Source: Candidatus Moraniibacteriota bacterium
Lineage (GTDB): Bacteria; Patescibacteriota; Minisyncoccia; Moranbacterales; GCA-2747515
Direction of reading: 5' to 3'
Assembly: GCA_016699795.1 (NCBI GenBank)
Contig: CP065011.1
Span: 1,075,449 to 1,139,448, forward strand
Length of the DNA stretch: 64,000 nucleotides
This document shows, in pieces, positions 20,713 to 29,316 of the stretch. The number at the start of each line of letters is the position of its first letter. The first letter of the stretch is position 1. A program made the position numbers and the translations under genes. The notes beneath the pieces were generated by a model. That model searched no databases. It saw only the letters and a program-made list of their open reading frames with translations, and was not told the DNA's origin.

Positions 20713-20854
20713 AATTTTTTTATTTTTCTTTTAATTCTATTTTCAAAAAAAGCTACGAAAACTTTCTTCATTATAAGAAGATTTTTACAAATAATCAAAT
20801 AAAAAAACAATCTCTCCCAAAAAGGAAAGACTGTTTTTTAAAAAATATTCTCTT

Positions 20855-21694
20855 TTATTTCGCGCAATTTTCAAACGCTACAAGATGTCGATTTTTGGAA
20901 GCATTCATAAGATTTACAAAAACATTGTATATATCAGGATATTCTTTTACTACATCGAGAAGTTCTTCTTCATACAATTTTACATTCTCCATTTCTGCGG
21001 TCACTCCTATCTGACAAGCGCCTTCTAATGTCGCAGGCACTGAGACAGAATCCTTGGAAATCGATTCAGGTATAGCCACTCCATATTTATCAAACAATCC
21101 TTTTAAAGAAGAAATATGTTGTTCTTCCGCTCGAATAATCATAGAAAATGGTCGTACCATACCCAACGTTTCTATTGTCTTTTCATAGGTTGCACGCGCC
21201 TTGTATTCATCATTTATAGCTTTTATAAGGGCTTCTTTGGCTCCTTGAGAAAGTTCAGCTACAGGATACTCAAGGTTATCAACAGCAAGACACTCTTCCG
21301 AAGAACATTCTTTTTCATTTGAGTTCATCATTCGTCCTCCCTGTCCCATTCCTTGTCCTGATCCCTGTCCTGATCCCTGTCCTGATCCCTGTCGATTGTT
21401 ATTCCCTTCTTTGGAACATTTTCCCGATTCCTTCATCGGACAGTTCTCATTTCCTTTTTCAAAACCCCATTCTCCATTTCCCTTTTCTTGCATATGATTT
21501 CTCATTTGAAAATCTCCATACCCTCTCTGAGAAAAAGCTCCCATTCCATCAAACCAAGACGCTGCATATCCACCACCAAAAGCAAAAACGAAGATGAGGG
21601 CTCCTATCCACAAAATCTTATTTTTTGAAACACTTTCCAAAACATTTTTCATACACATTATTTCGTTACTAATATATTTTTTATTATAGCACAA
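20855..21694 (-). CDS. ferritin-like DUF2202-family protein with N-terminal TM anchor and Gly/Ser/Gln repeat
   Basis: The C-terminal half (...RATYEKTIETLGMVRPFSMIIRAEEQHISSLKGLFDKYGV...) resembles the DUF2202 ferritin-like pattern (..IAQSEQ.H.DAV..LL.KYG). It has an N-terminal TM helix and a central GSGQGSGQGSGQGMGQG stretch. Confidence 0.55.
   Translation of the reverse strand: MCYNKKYISNEIMCMKNVLESVSKNKILWIGALIFVFAFGGGYAASWFDGMGAFSQRGYGDFQMRNHMQEKGNGEWGFEKGNENCPMKESGKCSKEGNNNRQGSGQGSGQGSGQGMGQGGRMMNSNEKECSSEECLAVDNLEYPVAELSQGAKEALIKAINDEYKARATYEKTIETLGMVRPFSMIIRAEEQHISSLKGLFDKYGVAIPESISKDSVSVPATLEGACQIGVTAEMENVKLYEEELLDVVKEYPDIYNVFVNLMNASKNRHLVAFENCAK
21340..21393. repeat. 12-bp tandem repeat (CCTGTCCTGATC x ~4) encoding (GSGQ)n
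   Basis: Direct reading gives ccttgtcctgatc / cctgtcctgatc / cctgtcctgatc / cctgtcgattg. It lies inside CDS 20855..21694 and its period is a multiple of 3. Confidence 0.8.
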
Positions 21695-21750
21695 ATACTA
21701 ATACGCATTCTTGAAGTATATTCTTTCATTTCATCCACTTCTCTTTTTTA

Positions 21751-21800
21751 AAAAAATAAAAAAGCCCCAAACAATACTAGTGTATTGTAGGGGGCTTTAT
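21751..21800 (-). terminator. Rho-independent terminator with long stem
   Basis: On the minus strand, GCCCCCTACAATAC-ACTA-GTATTGTTTGGGGC is followed by TTTTTT, right after the stop of 21804..22325. A-runs on the other side make it bidirectional. Confidence 0.65.
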
Positions 21801-21803
21801 TCT

Positions 21804-22325
21804 TTAGGTAATCGATGGAGAAGCAGACCAGGACTCGAGTGCGAAATCGATCGCGCCTTGAAAATTTACTCGGGGAAGTAAATCTTCTTTTTTCATACTC
21901 GAGAAAGAATCCTCATTCAGTATCAATTCGAGAATCTTCTTCTGAACAGCTCTTAGAGCAGTCGGAGATACTTTCCCGATAACATGAACTTTGTCGGAAA
22001 ACTCTTCTGGATCAGAAACTCTAATCCAAAGTATTCTCTCCGTCAAAACAAGATCCCCATCCCCTTCAAGGAAAAACATTTCCTCATTTCGCCAAAGCCA
22101 CTCTCCGTCTCTTACGAAATGACAGCCAGGAAGCCCTGCCTGTTTATCCGCCTCAGAGAATTCGCAAAGAGGCATAAGAGGTCGGACTAAATATGTCGGA
22201 CTAGTATCTCCTTCATAACCATCGCCATCAGGAAAAAATTCTATGACGACAAGACTTGGAAGACAAGCCTCTTCTACATAAAGGACGCTTCCAATTTCTA
22301 TGGGTTGTTTTTTCATTTCAACCAT
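21804..22325 (-). CDS. hypothetical protein (173 aa), elevated GC
   Basis: Intact ORF with about 43% GC against a ~33% background. Acidic, with no recognisable motif, and has its own strong terminator. Confidence 0.45.
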   Translation of the reverse strand: MVEMKKQPIEIGSVLYVEEACLPSLVVIEFFPDGDGYEGDTSPTYLVRPLMPLCEFSEADKQAGLPGCHFVRDGEWLWRNEEMFFLEGDGDLVLTERILWIRVSDPEEFSDKVHVIGKVSPTALRAVQKKILELILNEDSFSSMKKEDLLPRVNFQGAIDFALESWSASPSIT

Positions 22326-22383
22326 CTCCTTTTTTAAAGAAAAATTTTCTCAAATGATATTTTTATCAAATGAGGTTTACCGA

Positions 22384-22430
22384 GAATCGGTCTGCAGAAT
22401 TCAATATATTTAAATTGTACAGACCGATTC
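22384..22430. promoter_or_regulatory. 11-bp inverted repeat GAATCGGTCTG-N25-CAGACCGATTC in divergent promoter region
   Basis: Perfect arms read in the sequence. Located between the divergent genes 21804..22325 (-) and the ABC-F gene (+). Candidate operator. Confidence 0.35.
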
Positions 22431-22789
22431 CCCAATCAAATTTAAAAAGAACTTTTTTCTTTAATTTAAGAGAATTTTCTTAAACTTCAAGAAGAAAAAT
22501 ATTTACATATATATCTCATTCTGTCAAGAAATCACCCACAACTTACACTCATTTTTTATACAAAACAATGTAAATATTGAGAACATATTCTCTTGCTATT
22601 TTTTATATTTTATGTCATAAATAGTACAATGTGTTTTTCATAGGTGTGTCATTTCTTTGTGGAAGAGGTTATTCCCAAGAATATTTTCTCCTTAGAAAAC
22701 ACTTTTTTCCATCTTATTCATTATTTCGATTCGAATAAAAAACATTCCACAAAGAAGGGGGAATGTTTTAATAACTACTCTCTATATTT

Positions 22790-24244
22790 ATGGCAAAAGA
22801 CTCTGTCGTTCTTCGTCTTGATGAAGTATCTCTCGAATATTCTCACAACAAATCCGTACTTGATTCGGTAAGTTTTTCTTTGCGTCGAGGAGCAAAGTTT
22901 ACCCTTATGGGTCAAAACGGCGCTGGGAAAAGTTCTCTTTTCAAAATCATCACAGGCGAAGTAAAACCAAACGACGGAAAAGTTTCCAAAGATAAAAATA
23001 CGACCATCGCCATTGGAAAACAAACTATTCCTCGAGAAGAACTTGAGCTTTCCTTGTCTGATTATTTTTCAAAATATTTCCATGGAGAAAGTTGGGATCT
23101 TCCGAGAACTATCGCGAGTGTTTTGGATGCTGTTAATCTTCCCCTCCCTCCTCTTGAGAAGAAAATACGAGAATTTTCTGGAGGACAACAAGCACGTATA
23201 CTTTTAGCTTCCGCACTCATTCAAGATCCGGATATTCTCCTTCTTGATGAACCCACCAATAATCTCGATGCCCAAGGAATAGCTCATCTTACTCAATTTC
23301 TTATAGAATACGATAAAACCGTACTTGTCATCTCCCATGATGCTGATTTTCTTAACTCCTTTACCGAGGGAGTTCTCTATCTTGATATACATACACACAA
23401 ACTCGAACAATATTCTGGAAATTATTACGATGTAGTAGAAGAAATTTCTAGACGCATCGAGAAAGAACAAAGTGAAAATGTACGCCTCGAACGCACTATC
23501 AAACAAAAGAAGGACCAAGCGAATGTTTTTGCCAACAAAGGAGGAAAACTACGTGCTGTTGCCAAACGAATGCGTGACCTTGCAAGTGATTTAGAAGAAA
23601 ACAAAGTAACTGTTCGAAAGGAAGATAAAACACTTCCTCCTTTTCATATACCCGCTCCTGATTTAATCGGTCCTATCATAACCATACGATCTATTTCTGT
23701 TATGAAACCCTCTGGACAAACTCTCTATCCCGTTAATCTGGAAATAAAAAGAAATACTCATGTTCTTATTTCTGGTCCTAACGGTATAGGAAAGAGTACT
23801 TTTTTGGAATCGCTTGCAAAAAAGGACAGTCGCTTTGTAGACATCTCTCCAGAAGCTCGCATAGGTTATTATCGACAAGATTTTTCTACTTTAGATTTTC
23901 ATAGAACTGCCTTCGCCGCACTTCAGGAAGTTATGGAAGAAGGAACTGAAGAGACAGTATATGCCACAGCAGCAAAATTTCTCCTTCCTGGAAGTCTTCT
24001 TCATAATAAAGTAGAAAGTCTTTCTGAAGGTCAGAAAGGACTCCTTCTCTTTGCTCGACTTGTTATGCAACAGCCAAACCTTCTTATTCTTGATGAACCC
24101 ACGAATCATATAAACTTTCGTCATATTCCTGTTATCGCCAAAGCTCTTCATGAGTATAAAGGTGCTATGATTCTCGTTTCTCACGCATGGGAGTTTGTTT
24201 CACAGATTCGAATTGACGAAGAAATTGATCTTTCTCAATTCTAA
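22790..24244 (+). CDS. ABC-F family ATPase (tandem ABC domains, no TMD)
   Basis: Two Walker A motifs (GQNGAGKSS; GPNGIGKST), two signature motifs (LSGGQQAR; LSEGQKGL), and two Walker B motifs (LLLDEPTN; LILDEPTN). Confidence 0.85.
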   Translation: MAKDSVVLRLDEVSLEYSHNKSVLDSVSFSLRRGAKFTLMGQNGAGKSSLFKIITGEVKPNDGKVSKDKNTTIAIGKQTIPREELELSLSDYFSKYFHGESWDLPRTIASVLDAVNLPLPPLEKKIREFSGGQQARILLASALIQDPDILLLDEPTNNLDAQGIAHLTQFLIEYDKTVLVISHDADFLNSFTEGVLYLDIHTHKLEQYSGNYYDVVEEISRRIEKEQSENVRLERTIKQKKDQANVFANKGGKLRAVAKRMRDLASDLEENKVTVRKEDKTLPPFHIPAPDLIGPIITIRSISVMKPSGQTLYPVNLEIKRNTHVLISGPNGIGKSTFLESLAKKDSRFVDISPEARIGYYRQDFSTLDFHRTAFAALQEVMEEGTEETVYATAAKFLLPGSLLHNKVESLSEGQKGLLLFARLVMQQPNLLILDEPTNHINFRHIPVIAKALHEYKGAMILVSHAWEFVSQIRIDEEIDLSQF

Positions 24245-24442
24245 GAAACGTATTTTTTCAAGGATATCCTTCTTGAGAATCTACTATTTTTGTTCTATAC
24301 TTAGACTGTTATTTACTTCATTTCATAATAAAATTTTCAAATCTTTTTCAGTTTGTAAAAGGAATTTGAAAATTGTAAAAGAAAACAAGCCAACTCTAGC
24401 CCCCTACATAAGCCTTGTAAAAAATTATTTAAAAAAGTATCT

Positions 24443-25126
24443 ATGTTTACCTTTTTACGTTTGTGGAGAGATGCTCCACGGTTTCAAAAATTCATTCAAT
24501 CAAAACCTGTTCTTTTTTCACTTTCCCTCCTCAACTGGCCCAGAAAGAAAATTCGATCTCTCTATACTTGGGTTGTGGGTTGGGCTGAAACCAAGAGAGC
24601 TGAACAAGCACTTGCTACTCTATCCTTTGCGGAAAGTTCTTTCTTTCCCATACCTCCCGATCCCCTTCTTATCGCTATGGTCATGGCAAATCCTTCTCAC
24701 TTTCTTCGTCATGCCGCTATCTGTACTGTCTCAAGTGCTCTGGGTGGAATATTGGGCTATGCCATTGGTGTACTTCTTTTCTCTAGCGTAGGTCTGTGGA
24801 TAGTAAACACCTATGGACTTCAAGAAGAATTTATTCTCATAGGAAACAAATACGAAGCTAATGCTTTTCTTACCGTCTTCACAGCTGCATTTACTCCCAT
24901 TCCCTACAAACTTATCACTATCGCTGCGGGAGTATTTAAAATAAATTTTCTTTCTTTTGTTATTGCATCTCTTATCGGTAGAGGAATGCGTTTTTTCTTA
25001 GTAGCTTTCCTTATGCATCATTTAGGAAGACGTTACAAAGATTCCATAGAAAAATATATCGATATTCTTTCCCTTGTTTTTGTCGCTCTTATTATTCTTG
25101 GTTTTATGACCTTAAAATACTTATAA
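24443..25126 (+). CDS. YqaA/DedA-family (SNARE-associated domain) membrane protein
   Basis: FAESSFFPIPPDPLLIAMVMANP with multiple TM helices is typical of YqaA-like proteins. The overlapping ORF 24195..24791 is judged spurious. Confidence 0.55.
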   Translation: MFTFLRLWRDAPRFQKFIQSKPVLFSLSLLNWPRKKIRSLYTWVVGWAETKRAEQALATLSFAESSFFPIPPDPLLIAMVMANPSHFLRHAAICTVSSALGGILGYAIGVLLFSSVGLWIVNTYGLQEEFILIGNKYEANAFLTVFTAAFTPIPYKLITIAAGVFKINFLSFVIASLIGRGMRFFLVAFLMHHLGRRYKDSIEKYIDILSLVFVALIILGFMTLKYL

Positions 25127-25127
25127 A

Positions 25128-25199
25128 CGACTCGATGTTTTTTCTCAAAGATGTTTTTGGAAAGGATGATTTTCTTTTCCAAAAAAATTCTTTTTACCC
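25128..25199. repeat. ~70-bp direct repeat, copy A (partner at 25631..25704)
   Basis: tttctcaaagatgtttttggaaaggatgattttcttttccaaaaaaattcttttta is near-identical to tccctcaaagaaatttttggaaaggatgcttttcttttcaaaaaaattcttgta. The two copies bracket msrB. Confidence 0.8.
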
Positions 25200-25209
25200 T
25201 ATTTTTTGA

Positions 25210-25575
25210 TCATATAGTTGTAGTATCGGGGATGAATTTTAAAGAAAGGGAATTTACACAATGACGTTTATTTTTGTCTGTCAGATTTTCCCCTACAAAT
25301 ATATGCCCCAGATGACCCCCGCACGAAGCACAGAGTATCTCCGTGCGTATACCATCAGCATCTCTTTGTTTTTTTATAGCGCCTTTTATTTCATCATCAA
25401 AACTTGGCCAACCGCATTGAGATTCGAATTTATCTTTTGAGGTATAGAGTGGGGCGTTGCACTGACGACATACATATATTCCCTTTTCCATAGTATATAC
25501 ATACTCTCCCAAAAAAGGCGCCTCTGTTCCCTTATCAATAATTATTCTTTTTTCTTTTTCAGATAATATATTCAT
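25210..25575 (-). CDS. msrB: peptide-methionine (R)-S-oxide reductase
   Basis: CGWPSF...[17 protein letters not shown] and CxxC...CxxC zinc ligands. 121 aa. Confidence 0.85.
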   Translation of the reverse strand: MNILSEKEKRIIIDKGTEAPFLGEYVYTMEKGIYVCRQCNAPLYTSKDKFESQCGWPSFDDEIKGAIKKQRDADGIRTEILCASCGGHLGHIFVGENLTDKNKRHCVNSLSLKFIPDTTTI

Positions 25576-25630
25576 TGGATTTATTTCTTATACATTTTTT
25601 ACACGGCGTAGCAAGACTGTTTTCATTGGA

Positions 25631-25704
25631 GATGTTATGTGTTTTTTATTCTTTTTCCCTCAAAGAAATTTTTGGAAAGGATGCTTTTCTTTTCAAAAAA
25701 ATTC
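25631..25704. repeat. ~70-bp direct repeat, copy B (partner at 25128..25199)
   Basis: See copy A. Copy B overlaps the last codons (...EGLQEFF*) of the minus-strand gene ending at 25693. Confidence 0.8.
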
Positions 25705-26421
25705 TTGTAGCCCCTCAATATATTCTCGAAATGATGTCTTGTTTCGATATTTCTTTTCTAATCGTTCTTTGAGATCAGAGAGTTGCGAATAGTCTGAAAG
25801 AAACCTATCGAATCCTTGCTGATTTTTTGACCACAGCATATTCATATCTTGTTCTAATCCAAGTATTGCTACTGTGGTAATTTCGTTCGCACCCCAGAAA
25901 AAATCTTCATTTTCAGTAACCGTTTGCTCCCCAAAAACATGTTCAAAAACTTTCCACATATGAATCATAAGTATTTCATGTGCGGTAATTCTCGAATGAT
26001 CTTTTGGATCATCAAATATTCATCGAAACACTACATTGTCATTTCTATTACTGATCCCGCGATGAAATGCGCTTAATATCACGCGATACTTCGAAAACTC
26101 CCAGGGAATCTCGGTAAGGGTTTCAATTTTCGAATAAAATACTCGTGAAATCTTTTCCCATTCTTCATGATAGCTACGTTTTACAATCGGAAAAAGCAAT
26201 TGGTGTCGTTCATATATTTCCCCCACAAAAGCTTCGATAGATTGAGCACATACGTCATACTCTTTACACTGCGCGATACGCTTGGCTTCTAAAATATCCA
26301 TACCCGTATCATGCGAAAAACGTAAAGGCTCATCCTTTCCAAAAAAACGCAATCTGACCCAAATCTGAAATGCATCTTTATCTTTATCGATAGAAAAAAG
26401 TGTTTTTTGTATCATACGCAT
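25693..26421 (-). pseudogene. hypothetical protein interrupted by one in-frame TGA (the ORF track splits it as 26020..26421 + 25693..25968)
   Basis: My own minus-strand translation reads ...NDNVVFR-TGA-IFDDPKDHSRITAHEILMIHMWKVFEHV... in a single frame, so the two listed ORFs are one ~241-codon reading frame with one internal stop. Neighbouring long genes have no in-frame TGA, so code-4/25 recoding is excluded. Confidence 0.5.
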
Positions 26422-26493
26422 AACAGTAGTTTACACTACTAAAAATTTAATAAAAAGAGCGTCTCAATCCTTTGAGAACGCCCTATCTTCACA

Positions 26494-26742
26494 CTATTTC
26501 ACCATTTTTTCGTACAGGTCCCAAATAAGCCATTCCAATGTTCTTTTTGAGTGGACGCAAAATCGATCATCCAACTCCCAAATGGAACCTTTTTCTATAT
26601 CAGCCTGCAAGGGACACCCTCCTCCGCAAATTCCCAATGCAACGCACTCTTGACATTGCCCCATAAACAGAGAGGATCGACGACTCCAAAATTGGTGCAT
26701 TATTCTACTATAAAAATAACACTGGGGAAATAAAAAGTGCAT
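26494..26742 (-). pseudogene. orphan SPASM-motif fragment (remnant of a radical-SAM/SPASM maturase C-terminus)
   Basis: The 82-aa ORF contains GQCQECVALGICGGGCP, which is the CX2CX5CX3C SPASM motif, but no CX3CX2C radical-SAM core exists upstream. Only 22 bp separate it from the next + gene. Confidence 0.4.
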
Positions 26743-26764
26743 TATTATTTTTGTTTGTGTTATA

Positions 26765-27406
26765 TTGAAAAAAATAAATAAATTTTTTTACTTCATCTTT
26801 ATGGAAATTTTTGTAGAAAAGAAATATCAATTTTTTATATTTCTTCTCCTCATCAAAGCAATTCAATTCTTCTTATATTATATACGAAATAGTTTTCTCA
26901 TAACTGCTTCACTTTTTCTCTTCTTTATTATCGCGCTTACGATAATTTTTTCTCAAGAGAATCTGGATGAAAACTCTCTTTCCGCTTTTGTTGAAAAACT
27001 CCCCATAGAAATACCGTTTTCAGAACAAGAGGAAATGTCCTTTGACGAAAAGGATCTCTCTCTTCTTTTTATACAAGCTTCATTGTACCTTACCATTATC
27101 ACTGAAATTTTCAGAAATATTGCTCGATATTTTTTCAAGAAAGAATTTCATTCCACAAAAGAAGGACTCAAAAAGAGAATATGGTTCGTTATCATAAGTA
27201 CGATCATACTCTACAGTTTTGCCTTCGCATATCTCTTTACAGAAACACCCAATGATCTCCTTATTATGTTCTTTGTTTTGTTATTTTTTTGGATGATATG
27301 CTGTGGTAGTGCCATTATTTTTTTACTACTTGATCACTCTATTTCCAAATTTAATGAGCAATCAATTACCATTCGCACAAAAGACCACGAAAGAATACAA
27401 AATTAA
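26765..27406 (+). CDS. hypothetical polytopic membrane protein
   Basis: 213 aa with about 4 TM helices. No motif recognised. Confidence 0.4.
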   Translation: MKKINKFFYFIFMEIFVEKKYQFFIFLLLIKAIQFFLYYIRNSFLITASLFLFFIIALTIIFSQENLDENSLSAFVEKLPIEIPFSEQEEMSFDEKDLSLLFIQASLYLTIITEIFRNIARYFFKKEFHSTKEGLKKRIWFVIISTIILYSFAFAYLFTETPNDLLIMFFVLLFFWMICCGSAIIFLLLDHSISKFNEQSITIRTKDHERIQN

Positions 27407-27437
27407 AAAAATCAAGGAGTCCTCAGAAAAATCATTT

Positions 27438-27755
27438 TTATCCCCTTTCTTCAAATCCTATTTTTCCGGAAGCGTCGGCTGGGGATTCGGAGGGGGCGAT
27501 TTTTCCAAATTGTTCTTCATATCTTTTTAAATTTTCTTGCATAGCACCGATTATTCTTTTGAAATGTCCCGGGGAGAGAATAATTCTTCCATTGAGTATA
27601 CCTGTCGGAGGGAAAACGTTGAGAAAATCCAAAACAAACTCTTCTTTGGTATGAAGAATTTGCATAACATTAGAATACTCTCCTTTAAGTTTTTCATCTG
27701 AAGCTTTTATCTGAACTTGATTTTGCTGTTGTTGATTGTTCTGTTGTTGATTCAT
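27438..27755 (-). CDS. DUF3467-family protein
   Basis: LKGEYSNVMQILHTKEEFVLDFLNVFP...GRIILSPGHFKRIIGAMQENLKRYEEQFG matches the DUF3467 consensus (EYSNL..I.HS..EFVLDF......K...RIIM.P.HAKRLL.AL..N..KYE). Gln-rich N-terminus. Confidence 0.6.
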   Translation of the reverse strand: MNQQQNNQQQQNQVQIKASDEKLKGEYSNVMQILHTKEEFVLDFLNVFPPTGILNGRIILSPGHFKRIIGAMQENLKRYEEQFGKIAPSESPADASGKIGFEERG

Positions 27756-27979
27756 ATATTTTTTATTATTTCATAAACCCTCTTGTAATTTTCAAGCTCC
27801 GAATAAAGAACAAGAACATTTTTTGAATTGAAAACATTACTTTTTCTCTTCTCGCTGTTGCACTTCATCCAATATTTTCCGATCTCTGTTATAACCAACG
27901 GAAAAATTTTTTATATATCCTTATAGTATTTGTCTCTTTCTCGAATACATCTACAAGTATATACTATTATCTAAAAAGA

Positions 27980-28678
27980 TTAGAGGAAACAAATCAAATC
28001 ACAAGGATCTATCCAATTATCCAAGAGCGCCTCGGATCTTACATAGCCCAAAAAATTTTCTTTATCGCCCTTAATAACTCCCAAATGAAGATGTTTTCTT
28101 TCTCCATCAGTTTCTTTTGAATTTCCTTTTCCAAGAAACCCAAGTTTCATCCCTACTTCTACCCGATCACCCAATGAAAAAAGTGCGCGATCTTTATCTA
28201 TATGTCCATACAACACAATTATTGGTTGTTCTTCATAGAAACATCTCTGGAGCATCACCCCTCCATACCCATTCACTCCTTCTAAGAAAAAAATCTCTCC
28301 AGAACATAAAGCTCTTACCTCAACATCTTCATTTTCTTCTCCCGGAAATATCTCAAAATCAACTCCCGTATGATATCCCAAAAATCTTTCTGGAAAAATG
28401 GGAGAATTTTGAGAATCTACCCATATTCCAAAGGGCTTTTTATTTATACGTTCTTGAGGATTGTTTAAAGGAGAAACAAATTCTCTCTCTTGCTTCTCTT
28501 CTGAAAGAATAGAATCTTTCATTTCTTCCACTCTATATTGCTCATTCTCTTTTTCTTCGCTTGGCGGTAGTTGTTCTGATATTTTTTCATTTTTTGGTTT
28601 TTGATACAACAAAAAAAGAAAACTTATAAGAAAAAATATTACACAGAAAATACCGAAAAAAATACGATGCTTTCTCAT
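27980..28678 (-). CDS. M23-family metalloendopeptidase (LytM-like), membrane-anchored
   Basis: YHTGVDF...ALCSGEI....GYGGVM...HIDK and a C-terminal HLHLGV (the HxH motif). N-terminal TM helix. Confidence 0.8.
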   Translation of the reverse strand: MRKHRIFFGIFCVIFFLISFLFLLYQKPKNEKISEQLPPSEEKENEQYRVEEMKDSILSEEKQEREFVSPLNNPQERINKKPFGIWVDSQNSPIFPERFLGYHTGVDFEIFPGEENEDVEVRALCSGEIFFLEGVNGYGGVMLQRCFYEEQPIIVLYGHIDKDRALFSLGDRVEVGMKLGFLGKGNSKETDGERKHLHLGVIKGDKENFLGYVRSEALLDNWIDPCDLICFL

Positions 28679-28689
28679 AAGAGAATTCT

Positions 28690-29211
28690 TTATATCTCCA
28701 TTTCTATCTCTAAAATACCTATGTCTCCTTGCGAAAAACGCTCGTCTACAAAACTCTTTCCATTCTCACAAAATCCAAGTTTTTTATAAAACGTAATCGC
28801 TTTATTATTGTAATCTGCCACAGATACAAATGTTTTTTTATTTGGATCAAAAATCTTTTTTCCTTCTTCCCATAGGCGAGTTCCGATACCATGACCTTGA
28901 TACTCTGGAAGTACATAGAGCATTTTGAGAATATTTTGATCATCGTTTTGGAGAAATCGACCCACTCCCACGATATTTGTCCCCTCTTGAGCTACCAAAA
29001 TCTTGAGCGTATCACTTTGATTTTTTATATCCTCCAAACGACGCTGAAGATTTTCTGGGGTATTTTTCTTTTCAAAGAGTTTTTCTATCCATTCTTTGGT
29101 AATACCTAGCGATGTATTGGGGTACGTTACTAGCCATGTCTCATATACAATTTCTCCGATACGAGCGAGATCTTCTTCTTTCGCCTGCCGTACGCGTATT
29201 TCTTTTGTCAT
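28690..29211 (-). CDS. GNAT-family N-acetyltransferase
   Basis: YVLPEYQGHGIGTRLW (acetyl-CoA-binding Q/RxxGxG/A) and AITFYKKLGF. 173 aa. Confidence 0.75.
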   Translation of the reverse strand: MTKEIRVRQAKEEDLARIGEIVYETWLVTYPNTSLGITKEWIEKLFEKKNTPENLQRRLEDIKNQSDTLKILVAQEGTNIVGVGRFLQNDDQNILKMLYVLPEYQGHGIGTRLWEEGKKIFDPNKKTFVSVADYNNKAITFYKKLGFCENGKSFVDERFSQGDIGILEIEMEI

Positions 29212-29316
29212 ATTTTTCTTATGAGTGTTTTTTAAAAAAGATTTCTAAACTTTTTCTATCTCTTGTAATTTCTCCAAACATTCTTTTTTTTCTTTGTTCA
29301 TAGAGGTATATTATTT

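Noticed and set aside
24195-24791. 198-aa + strand ORF overlapping the YqaA-like gene in another frame
   Set aside because: No motif, and it overlaps a better-supported ORF (24443..25126) with recognisable family features. Judged spurious.
25693-26421. Selenocysteine insertion at the in-frame TGA
   Set aside because: No Cys-rich or redox-active context surrounds the site and no obvious SECIS-like stem follows it. A nonsense mutation or sequencing error is more parsimonious, though this remains checkable.
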